Of a stretch of DNA of 56,870 bases, positions 42,467-55,586 are shown piece by piece (within the stretch, counting starts at the first letter, position 1; every line of letters starts with the position of its first letter). Origin of the DNA: a virus. Lineage: Duplodnaviria > Heunggongvirae > Uroviricota > Caudoviricetes. The notes under the pieces were generated by a model. The model ran no database searches. It saw nothing but the letters and a program-made list of their open reading frames with translations, and was not told the DNA's origin. The stretch is from IMG/VR virus record IMGVR_UViG_2850796239_000009; one strand, written 5' to 3'. Made by a program: the position numbers and the translations under genes.

Positions 42467-42795
42467 TGAAAACCTTCCGCTGGAAAGTGAAACCCGGTAT
42501 GGATGTGGCTTCGGCCCCTTCCGTAAGAAAGGTGCGCTTTGGTGATGGCTATTCCCAGCGAGCGCCTGCCGGGCTGAATGCCGACCTGAAAACGTACAGC
42601 GTGACGCTTTCTGTTCCCCGTTGGGAGGCCACGGCGCTTGAGTCGTTTCTGGCTGAGCACGGGGGCTGGAAATCCTTTCTGTGGACGCCGCCTTATGAGT
42701 GGCGGCAGATAAAGGTGACCTGCGCAAAATGGTCGTCGCGGGTCAGTATGCTGCGTGTTGAGTTCAGCGCAGAGTTTGAACAGGTGGTGAACTGA
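42463..42795 (+). CDS. M: Minor tail protein M
   Basis: 110-aa ORF MMKTFRWKVKPGMDVASAPSVRKVRFGDGYSQ... Confidence 0.9.
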   Translation: MMKTFRWKVKPGMDVASAPSVRKVRFGDGYSQRAPAGLNADLKTYSVTLSVPRWEATALESFLAEHGGWKSFLWTPPYEWRQIKVTCAKWSSRVSMLRVEFSAEFEQVVN

Positions 42796-43493
42796 TGCAG
42801 GATATCCGGCAGGAAACACTGAATGAATGCACCCGTGCGGAGCAGTCGGCCAGCGTGGTGCTCTGGGAAATCGATCTGACAGAGGTCGGTGGAGAACGTT
42901 ATTTTTTCTGTAATGAGCAGAACGAAAAAGGTGAGCCGGTCACCTGGCAGGGGCGACAGTATCAGCCGTATCCCATTCAGGGGAGTGGTTTTGAACTGAA
43001 TGGCAAAGGCACCAGTACGCGCCCCACGCTGACGGTTTCTAACCTGTACGGTATGGTCACCGGGATGGCGGAAGATCTGCAGAGTCTGGTCGGCGGAACG
43101 GTGGTCCGGCGTAAGGTTTACGCCCGTTTTCTGGATGCGGTGAACTTCGTCAACGGAAACAGTGACGCCGATCCGGAGCAGGAGGTGATCAGCCGCTGGC
43201 GCATTGAGCAGTGCAGCGAACTGAGCGCGGTGAGTGCCTCTTTTGTACTGTCCACGCCGACGGAAACAGACGGCGCTGTTTTTCCGGGACGTATCATGCT
43301 GGCCAACACCTGCACCTGGACCTATCGCGGCGATGAGTGCGGTTATCACGGTCCGGCGGTCGCGGATGAATATGACCAGCCAACGTCCGATATCACGAAG
43401 GATAAATGCAGCAAATGCCTGAGCGGTTGTAAGTTCCGCAATAACGTCGGCAACTTTGGCGGCTTCCTTTCCATTAACAAACTTTCGCAGTAA
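42795..43493 (+). CDS. L: Minor tail protein L
   Basis: 232-aa ORF MQDIRQETLNECTRAEQSASVVLWEIDLTEV... Confidence 0.9.
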   Translation: MQDIRQETLNECTRAEQSASVVLWEIDLTEVGGERYFFCNEQNEKGEPVTWQGRQYQPYPIQGSGFELNGKGTSTRPTLTVSNLYGMVTGMAEDLQSLVGGTVVRRKVYARFLDAVNFVNGNSDADPEQEVISRWRIEQCSELSAVSASFVLSTPTETDGAVFPGRIMLANTCTWTYRGDECGYHGPAVADEYDQPTSDITKDKCSKCLSGCKFRNNVGNFGGFLSINKLSQ

Positions 43494-43498
43494 ATCCC

Positions 43499-44240
43499 AT
43501 GACACAGACAGAATCAGCGATTCTGGCGCACGCCCGGCGATGTGCGCCAGCGGAGTCGTGCGGCTTCGTGGTAAGCACGCCGGAGGGGAAAGATATTTTC
43601 CCTGCGTGAATATTTCCGGTGAGCCGGAGGATTATTTCCGGATGTCGCCGGAAGACTGGCTGCAGGCAGAGATGCAGGGTGAGATTGTGGCACTGGTCCA
43701 CAGTCATCCCTGTGGTCTGCCCTGGCTGAGTGAGGCTGACCGGCGGCTGCAGGTGCAGAGTGATTTGCCGTGGTGGCTGGTCTGCCGGGGGCGATTCACA
43801 AGTTCCGCTGTGTGCCGCATCTCACCGGGCGGCGCTTTGAGCACGGGGTGACGGACTGTTACACGCTGTTCCGGGATGCTTATCATCTGGCGGGGATTGA
43901 GATGCCGGATTTTCATCGCGGGGATGACTGGTGGCGTCACGGTCAGAATCTCTATCTTGACAATATGGAGGTGACGGGTTTTTACCGTGTCGCACTGACA
44001 GAGGCACAGCCGGGCGATGTGCTGCTGTGCTGTTTTGGTTCATCGGTGCCGAATCATGCCGCCATTTACTGCGGTGACGGCGGGCTGCTGCACCATATTC
44101 CTGAACAACTGAGCAAACGAGAGAGGTATACCGACAAATGGCAGCGACGCACACACTCCCTCTGGCGTCACCGGGCATGGCGCGCATCTGCCTTTACGGG
44201 GATTTACAACGATTTGGCCGCCGCATCGACCTTCGTGTGA
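43499..44240 (+). pseudogene. K: Tail tip assembly protein K, two frame breaks
   Basis: MTQTESAILAHARRCAPAESCGFVVSTPEG in frame 2 (break at GAGGGGAAAG ~43585), ERYFPCVNISGEPE...LVCRG in frame 1 (break near 43787-43795), IHKFRCVPHLTGRRFEHG...AASTFV in frame 0. Confidence 0.8.
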
Positions 44241-44809
44241 AAACGGGGGCTGAAGCCATTCGGGCGCTGGCCACACAGCTCCCGGCGTATCGTCAGAAAC
44301 TGAGCGACGGCTGGTATCAGGTACGGATTGCCGGGCGGGACGTCAGCACGTCCGGGTTAACGGCGCAGTTACATGAGACTCTGCCTGATGGCGCTGTGAT
44401 TCATATTGTTCCCAGAGTCGCCGGGGCCAAGTCAGGTGGCGTATTCCAGATTGTCCTGGGGGCTGCCGCCATTGCCGGATCATTCTTTACCGCCGGAGCC
44501 ACCCTTGCAGCATGGGGGGCAGCCATTGGGGCCGGTGGTATGACCGGCATCCTGTTTTCTCTCGGTGCCAGTATGGTGCTCGGTGGTGTGGCGCAGATGC
44601 TGGCACCGAAAGCCAGGACGCCCACGGCAGCAAGTACAGATGACGGCAAACAGAACACCTATTTCTCCTCACTGGATAACATGGTTGCCCAGGGCAATGT
44701 TCTGCCTGTTCTGTACGGTGAAATGCGCGTGGGGTCACGTGTGGTTTCTCAGGAGATCAGCACGGCAGACGAAGGGGATGGTGGTCAGGTTGTGGTGATT
44801 GGTCGTTGA
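44138..44809 (+). CDS. I: Tail tip assembly protein I
   Basis: 223-aa ORF MAATHTLPLASPGMARICLYGDLQRFGRRIDL... Confidence 0.9.
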   Translation: MAATHTLPLASPGMARICLYGDLQRFGRRIDLRVKTGAEAIRALATQLPAYRQKLSDGWYQVRIAGRDVSTSGLTAQLHETLPDGAVIHIVPRVAGAKSGGVFQIVLGAAAIAGSFFTAGATLAAWGAAIGAGGMTGILFSLGASMVLGGVAQMLAPKARTPTAASTDDGKQNTYFSSLDNMVAQGNVLPVLYGEMRVGSRVVSQEISTADEGDGGQVVVIGR

Positions 44810-44830
44810 TGCAAAATGTTTTATGTGAAA

Positions 44831-44849
44831 CCGCCTGCGGGCGGTTTTG
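44831..44849 (+). terminator. Hairpin plus T run between I and J
   Basis: ACCGCC-TGCG-GGCGGT followed by TTTT. Confidence 0.4.
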
Positions 44850-44869
44850 TCGTTTATGGAGCGTGAGGA

Positions 44870-48267
<3,398 letters not shown>

Positions 48268-48285
48268 ATTTTATAACCCAGAACG

Positions 48286-48309
48286 GGCGTCAGAAATGAC
48301 GCCTTTTTT
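48286..48309 (+). terminator. Rho-independent terminator after J
   Basis: GGCGTCA-GAAA-TGACGCC followed by TTTTTT. Confidence 0.5.
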
Positions 48310-48333
48310 ATTGCAGAAAAGCGAGAGGTAATT

Positions 48334-48933
48334 ATGCGTAAACTTTATGCCGCCATTTTGTCCGCAGCCATTTGTCTGGCCGTATCCGGTGCGCCTGCAT
48401 GGGCGTCTGAACATCAGTCCACGCTGAGCGCGGGGTATCTTCATGCCCGGACGAACGTTCCCGGCAGTGATGATCTGAACGGGATTAACGTGAAATACCG
48501 TTATGAGTTTACGGACACACTGGGGATGGTGACGTCTTTCAGCTATGCAGGAGACAAGAATCGCCAGCTGACCCATTACAGCGATACCCGCTGGCATGAA
48601 GATTCCGTTCGTAACCGCTGGTTCAGCGTAATGGCGGGGCCGTCTGTGCGCGTGAATGAATGGTTCAGCGCGTATGCGATGGCGGGTGTGGCTTACAGCC
48701 GTGTGTCGACTTTCTCCGGGGATTATCTTCGCGTAACTGACAGCAAGGGGAAAACGCACGATGTGCTGACCGGAAGTGATGACGGTCGCCACAGCAACAC
48801 GTCTCTGGCGTGGGGAGCTGGCGTGCAGTTTAACCCGACCGAATCCGTGGCCATTGATATTGCTTATGAAGGCTCCGGCAGTGGCGACTGGCGCACTGAC
48901 GGTTTCATCGTGGGTGTCGGTTATAAGTTCTGA
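48334..48933 (+). CDS. lom: Lom outer-membrane protein (Ail/OmpX/PagC family)
   Basis: 199-aa ORF with signal peptide MRKLYAAILSAAICLAVSGAPAWA and beta-barrel pattern ending ...GFIVGVGYKF. Confidence 0.9.
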   Translation: MRKLYAAILSAAICLAVSGAPAWASEHQSTLSAGYLHARTNVPGSDDLNGINVKYRYEFTDTLGMVTSFSYAGDKNRQLTHYSDTRWHEDSVRNRWFSVMAGPSVRVNEWFSAYAMAGVAYSRVSTFSGDYLRVTDSKGKTHDVLTGSDDGRHSNTSLAWGAGVQFNPTESVAIDIAYEGSGSGDWRTDGFIVGVGYKF

Positions 48934-48960
48934 TTAGCCAGGTAACACAGTGTTATGACA

Positions 48961-48986
48961 GCCCGCCGGTTCAGGCGGGCTTTTTT
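48961..48986 (+). terminator. Rho-independent terminator after lom
   Basis: GCCCGCC-GGTTCA-GGCGGGC followed by TTTTTT. Confidence 0.5.
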
Positions 48987-48997
48987 GTGGGGTGAAT

Positions 48998-51900
48998 ATG
49001 GCAGTAAAGATTTCAGGTGTACTGAAAGACGGCACAGGAAAACCGGTACAGAACTGCACAATCCAGCTGAAAGCAAAACGTAACAGCACCACGGTGGTGG
49101 TGAACACGGTGGCCTCAGAAAATCCGGATGAAGCCGGGCGTTACAGCATGGACGTTGAGTACGGTCAGTACAGCGTTATTCTGTTGGTGGAAGGCTTCCC
49201 GCCATCGCATGCCGGGACCATCACCGTGTATGAAGACTCACAACCGGGTACGCTGAATGATTTTCTTGGTGCCATGACGGAGGATGATGCCCGTCCGGAG
49301 GCACTGCGCCGCTTTGAACTGATGGTGGAAGAGGTGGCGCATAACGCGTCCGCAGTGGCACAGAACACGGCAGCCGCAAAGAAGTCAGCCAGCGATGCCG
49401 GCACATCTGCCCGTGAGGCGGCAACCCATGCAACCGATGCTGCAGGCTCAGCACGTGCCGCCAGCACGTCAGCCGGACAGGCTGCATCATCTGCTCAGTC
49501 AGCATCTTCCAGCGCAGGAACGGCATCAACAAAGGCCACTGAAGCATTAAAAAGTGCTGCCGCTGCAGAGTCCTCAAAAAGCGCGGCAGCCACCAGTGCC
49601 GGTGCGGCGAAAACGTCAGAAACGAATGCCGCAGCATCACAACTATCAGCAGCCACTTCTGCATCCACCGCGACCACGAAAGCGTCAGAAGCTGTCACCT
49701 CAGCCAGGGATGCGTCGGCTTCAAAAGAAGCGGCAAAATCATCAGAAACGAACGCATCATCAAGCGCCAGTAGTGCAGCTTCCTCGGCAACGGCGGCAGG
49801 AAATTCCGCGAAGGCGGCAAAAACGTCCGAGACGAACGCTAGGCTGTGTCCCTTAATCATCTGAGCTATAGTAACTGTCTGTTTACACAACATATTGAAC
49901 TATGGCTCGCTACGACCTTCCCGATGAGGCATGGACCATCATCAAGCCCCTGTTACCTCCTGAACCCGCCACACCACGGGCCGGACGCCCATGGGCTGAG
50001 CACCGTAAAATCATCAATGGCATGTTCTGGGTGTTATGTTCCGGTGCACCATGGCGCGATTTACCCGAACGATATGGGTCATGGAAAACTGTTTATAACC
50101 GCTTTAACCGATGGTCAAAGTCAGGCGTGATTAATATTATTTTCAACAGGTTGCTTTCGCTACTTGATGCAAACGGCTTTATTGACTGGTCTGCCACCGC
50201 GCTGGATGGCAGTAATATCCGGGCGCTGAAATGTGCCGCCGGTGCTCAAAAAAACATCCCGATATCGACGGAGATAATGGGCTGGGTCGCTCTCGCGGCG
50301 GTTTTGGCACCAAAATCCATCTGGCAACAGACGGAAGTGGCCTCCCGTTAAATATCGTGCTAAGCCCCGGACAAGCTCATGAAAGCCAGTTCGCGCAACG
50401 ACTTCTGGACGGGATTGGCGTTCAGCGTCAGAACGGCAGCATGAAACGCCGTGGACATGCGGTACTGGCTGATAAAGCGTATTCAGGGCGCGCATTGCGC
50501 AACGAGCTGAAAAATAACGGTATAAAGGCAGTAATCCCCCGAAAGTCAAATGAGAAAATGGCATCGGATGGACGTGCACAGCTTGATCGTGATGCGTACC
50601 GCAATCGTAATGTCGTTGAACGGTGCTTTGGGCGGCTGAAAGAATATCGCCGCATCGCCACGCGTTACGACAAAACGGCGAGAAATTACCTGGCGATGGT
50701 GAAACTGGGCTGCATCCGACTCTTTTATCAACGCTTACGTAATTAAGGGACACAGCCTAGGTCTTCTGAGACGGCAGCGGGACAGAGCGCCTCAGCTGCG
50801 GCAGGCTCAAAAACAGCGGCTGCGTCGTCTGCCAGTGCCGCGTCAACAAGTGCCGGGCAGGCCTCAGCCAGTGCCACCGCAGCCGGAAAATCGGCAGAAA
50901 GCGCCGCATCATCCGCTTCAACAGCCACAACGAAGGCTGGCGAAGCCACTGAACAGGCCAGCGCAGCAGCGAGGTCTGCTTCCGCAGCGAAGACATCCGA
51001 AACGAACGCGAAAGCGTCGGAAACCCGTGCAGAATCCTCAAAAACGGCTGCCGCATCGTCCGCCAGTTCGGCGGCGTCATCGGCATCATCGGCGTCTGCT
51101 TCAAAAGATGAGGCGACCAGACAGGCGTCAGCAGCGAAGGGCAGCGCCACGACGGCATCCACAAAGGCGACAGAGGCAGCTGGCAGTGCGACGGCGGCAG
51201 CACAGAGCAAAAGTACGGCAGAAACCGCGGCAACGCGCGCCGAGACAGCGGCAAAACGGGCAGAGGATATTGCATCCGCCGTGGCGCTTGAGGATGCGAG
51301 CACGACGAAAAAGGGGATAGTCCAGCTCAGTAGTGCAACCAACAGCACATCTGAAACGCTTGCCGCGACACCGAAGGCAGTTAAAGCAGCGAATGACAAT
51401 GCGAATGGCAGGGTACCATCTAACCGAAAAGTTAACGGGAAAGCACTGACTGCGGATATAACATTAACACCGAAAGATATTGGCACTTTAAATTCAGTAA
51501 CGATCTCTTTCTCTGGCGGGGCAGGGTGGTTCAAACTGGCAACGGTTACCATGCCACAAGCGAGTTCCATCGTTTACATCGCATTGATTGGTGGCGCTGG
51601 TTACAACGTCGGCTCCCCACAGCCGTCGGATTAACGAATTTCGCCTGGATCAACACATCCGGCGATACATATGATATTTACGTTGAGATTGGCAATTATG
51701 CGACGAGTGTAAATATCCATTGGGATTGTACTACAAATGCGTCAGTTTCTATTTATACCTCGCCAACATATTCAGCGAGTAAGCCTTCCAGCGTTACCGA
51801 TGGTGTTGTTTATACGATGTATAGCTCACATCAGAAACCTACACCATCAGATATTGGAGCGCTGCCAACGACTGGAGGGACTATTTCAGGTCCGTTGTCT

Positions 51901-52989
51901 GTTACTGATGGGATCACCGGGGCACTGAAGGGGAACGCCGATACCGCGACGAAACTTGCGGCAGCCCCAAAAATTAACGGTGTTAAGTTTGATGGCTCGG
52001 CGGATATTAACCTCACGCCGGAAAATATTGGTGCATTTGCCCGACGTTCGACGGGGGCTTATGCGGATTCGGATGGAGCCGTTCCCTGGAATGCCGAATC
52101 AGGCGCTTACAATGTCACCCGCTCTGGCGACAGCTATATTCTGGTTAACTTCTATACCGGAGTCGGAAGTTGCCGGACCCTGCAGATGAAGGCGCATTAC
52201 AGAAATCGTGGTCTGTTCTACCGTTCTTCAAGAGACGGTTATGGTTTTGAGGAAGACTGGGCAGAAGTTTATACCTCGAAAAATCTTCCACCAGAAAGCT
52301 ACCCAGTCGGCGCACCAATCCCGTGGCCATCAGATACCGTTCCGTCTGGTTATGCCCTGATGCAGGGGCAGACTTTTGACAAATCTGCATACCCGAAACT
52401 TGCAGCGGCTTATCCGTCAGGCGTGATCCCTGATATGCGTGGCTGGACGATTAAGGGCAAACCTGCCAGTGGTCGGGCCGTATTGTCTCAGGAACAGGAC
52501 GGCATTAAATCGCATACCCACAGCGCCAGCGCATCCAGTACGGATTTGGGGACGAAAACCACATCGTCGTTTGATTACGGCACTAAATCCACGAATAACA
52601 CTGGTGCGCATACCCATAGTTTAAGTGGCAGCACGAATGCAGCTGGTAATCACAGCCATAGAGATGGCCGTCGATTTAACCCCAGTGTTTTTAAAGATAC
52701 TTATCAATATGGTTATACAAGCTCAGGTCAAAATACCTGGGGTGTACAAGGCTCAGTAGGTATGTCTACGGGGTGGTTAGCTAATACCAGTACAGATGGT
52801 AATCATAGCCACTCACTGTCCGGCACAGCAGCATCTGCAGGTGCACACGCGCATACTGTCGGTATTGGTGCTCATACGCACTCCGTTGCGATTGGTTCAC
52901 ATGGACACACCATCACCGTTAACGCTGCTGGTAACGCGGAAAACACCGTCAAAAACATCGCATTTAACTATATTGTGAGGCTTGCATAA
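48998..52989 (+). pseudogene. stf: Side tail fibre protein Stf, interrupted by IS5-family copy 3 and by an internal frame break
   Basis: MAVKISGVLKDGTGKPVQNCTIQLKA... with Ala/Ser-rich repeats up to 49841; resumes in frame after the 918-bp IS plus duplication; repeat frame stops at 51634 (...GSPQPSD*) while the His-rich C-terminal domain continues in another frame from ~51600 to 52989. Confidence 0.8.
49842..50757 (+). mobile_element. IS5-family insertion sequence (IS427-group-like), copy 3, 916 bp, inside stf
   Basis: Same ends as copy 2; flanked by CTA|...|TAG; orfA 49902-50351, orfB 50231-50746. Confidence 0.85.
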
Positions 52990-53564
52990 TGGCATTCAGA
53001 ATGAGTGAACAACCACGGACCATAAAAATTTATAATCTGCTGGCCGGAACTAATGAATTTATTGGTGAAGGTGATGCATATATTCCGCCTCATACAGGTC
53101 TGCCAGCAAACAGTACCGATATTGCACCGCCAGATATTCCGGCTGGCTTCGTGGCTGTTTTCAACAGTGATGAGTCATCGTGGCATCTCGTTGAAGATCA
53201 TCGGGGTAAAACAGTTTATGACGTGGCGTCAGGGGACGCGTTATTTATTTCTGAACTCGGTCCGTTACCGGAAAATGTTACCTGGTTATCGCCGGAAGGG
53301 GAGTTTCAGAAGTGGAACGGCACAGCCTGGGTGAAGGATACGGAAGCAGAAAAACTGTTCCGGATCCGGGAGGCGGAAGAAACAAAAAACAACCTGATGC
53401 AGGTAGCCAGTGAGCATATTGCGCCGCTTCAGGATGCTGCAGATCTGGAAATTGCAACGGAGGAAGAAATCTCGTTGCTGGAAGCATGGAAAAAGTATCG
53501 GGTATTGCTGAACCGTGTTGATACGTCAACTGCACAGGATATTGAATGGCCAGCACTGCCGTAG
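52989..53564 (+). CDS. tfa: Tail fibre assembly protein Tfa
   Basis: 191-aa [61 protein letters not shown]..., directly after stf. Confidence 0.85.
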
Positions 53565-53661
53565 GGTAAAACATATAAATTCTATAATTAGATGTATCTT
53601 TCCATTTACGGCAAGGAAGGGGGCTTGGAAGACGTAAAGCATCTCACACCGAGATTATTTT

Positions 53662-54252
53662 TTATATGTCAGGTGTCTGAAGTTTTGCTTTGGCTCTTAA
53701 AATGGTTTGCCGCGAGGTTTTGAATTCCCGGGCAATGGCACTTATACTTACACCTGACTTAATTCGTTCGAATACCACCTGTTTCTGTTCTTCATTTAAC
53801 ACAGGTGGTCGACCAAAACGTTTCCCTGCGCCGCGGGCTCTTACTATCCCGGAATGAGTGCGTTCAAGTAAAAGGTCTCGTTCAAATTCAGCGACTGCTG
53901 AAATTACTTGCATCATCATTTTTCCTGTTGGACTGGTCAGGTCAATGCCCCCCAATGCTAAGCAATGCACTCTGATACCTGTTTCGGTCAGTTGTTCCAC
54001 TGTTTTCCTGATATCCATTGCATTACAACCAAGGCGATCCAGTTTTGTCACAATCAATTGATCACCACATTTCAGGCGAGCAAGCAACCGGTTAAAACCA
54101 GGACGCTCACTGGTTGCTGCTGAGCCGCTAATGTGTTCTTCGATTATTTGCTGAGGTTTGATTTTAAAACCTGCACTTTCGATTTCCCGGCGTTGATTTT
54201 CGGTGGTCTGATCCAGCGTTGATATCCGACAGTAAGCAAAAATTCGAGACAT
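53662..54252 (-). CDS. pinQ: Serine recombinase / DNA invertase (Pin/Hin/Gin family)
   Basis: 196-aa [32 protein letters not shown]... with catalytic Ser in CRISTLDQ and C-terminal HTH. Confidence 0.9.
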
Positions 54253-54568
54253 AGTGAGACTCTATACGAAATTGGTGTTCATATCATAATGCATCTCAGA
54301 CAATAATTATGATTATTTTTGTGCATATTTGTATGTACACGTTCGAAAATAAACGAATGCGTATGCAACCCCGTAATTTTGGTGAGACCCAAAATCGATT
54401 TTGTGAAAAATGGCTTTAACTCGGTTTGTTTTTCGAGTTCCGGGCGGACTCAAGGAAGAAGAATAGTGTTGCGTGTTATTTTAACCAGATTTCAAGTTGT
54501 TTGGTCGTGGAAAAGTGGAGCAAAATGTTGTTAAAGTGGAAAAATGATAAAAAAGTAAGTTTATTATA

Positions 54569-54802
54569 TTACATTTTACCATTTAAATTTTGGTTGTCTT
54601 TAAGAACTGATATCGCTGTTTGTAATAAATCTTTGTTATCCAGCCATGATTTTTTCTTTATGTTTCCTTCAATGTAATCAAGCAATGTTCTGGTATTGAT
54701 AGGTCTTCCCTGTTTTGCTACTTCCACTATAGCATCCCCTAGGATAATTCTTACTTCAGGAAGCTGCGCAGGGAACCACTTTAGGGTGTCTTTTGATTTC
54801 AT
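54569..54802 (-). CDS. ydfK: YdfK/YnaE-like small prophage protein
   Basis: MKSKDTLKWFPAQLPEVRIILGDAIVEVAKQGRPINTRTLLDYIEG...; ORF-track frame extends upstream to 54835. Confidence 0.65.
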   Translation of the reverse strand: MKSKDTLKWFPAQLPEVRIILGDAIVEVAKQGRPINTRTLLDYIEGNIKKKSWLDNKDLLQTAISVLKDNQNLNGKM

Positions 54803-55586
54803 GAAGATATTCCTTAAAATATTATTGATTTTCATTGCGATATTGTATGTCTGATTCAGGATATGTTGACTTATACATCGGTTTTGTCTGGGTTATTGGA
54901 TATGCCAATCCCTAATTTTATTAGGGCATGACTAAAAATGCTGAATATGATAAGGAGAGATGTGATTATCAGTATGCTGTTCATATAGCCTCGAATTAGT
55001 AATGTGTTATATATGATATAGTTGACAATTTTTATCTTGGGTGTTCTTAAAGTTCGTAGATAAACATTGTCGTTTCAGGTATACAGGAATGCTAACAGGT
55101 GGCAGCAAAAATCAGGCGGTTTATGGCGCAAGCTGAAGCGGCAACTGCAAACTATCTTATGCAGAGACTCTACACGGATTGGGTTTAAAAGTATACATAG
55201 ATAACAGTTTTTATCTGAAAAAGAAAAATATCAAGGTGATATAGCCTATATTCCTTTGATGCGGAGGAATGAATGTGATGGGAGTGATGTATCTGAATAG
55301 TTGAAAAACCGCAGACACGCCTTATGCAGGAACGTGCTGCGGCTGGCTGATGCACTTTCGAGAGTGCATGTATTGAATTATTTCCAGCTATTATCGATTT
55401 TACGCATAAATCCATGAAAAAACTACTTATCTGTTGGGGAGTTTTTTTGGGGCATATATGGGACAGAAATAGGCCCCAGATAGACACTGAGATCGAACTT
55501 AGGATGCTTTTTAAAAAATGCAACTATCTGAAAAAACCTAGAAAACGCCAAGGAAACCACAGGATGGGAAAAAATACCTGTGAATT

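Noticed and set aside
49165-51570. ORFs antisense to the stf Ala/Ser-rich repeats (49495-49893, 50743-51570 and others)
   Set aside because: Low-complexity GC-rich repeat DNA is open in several frames; the sense frame matches the side tail fibre.
52930-53000. hix/gix-like recombination site for the Pin invertase at the stf/tfa boundary
   Set aside because: The local sequence (GGAAAACACCGTCAAAAACATCG) has A-rich elements but no dyad symmetry resembling TTnTCnnAAACCnnGGTTTnnGAnAA; not supportable by eye.
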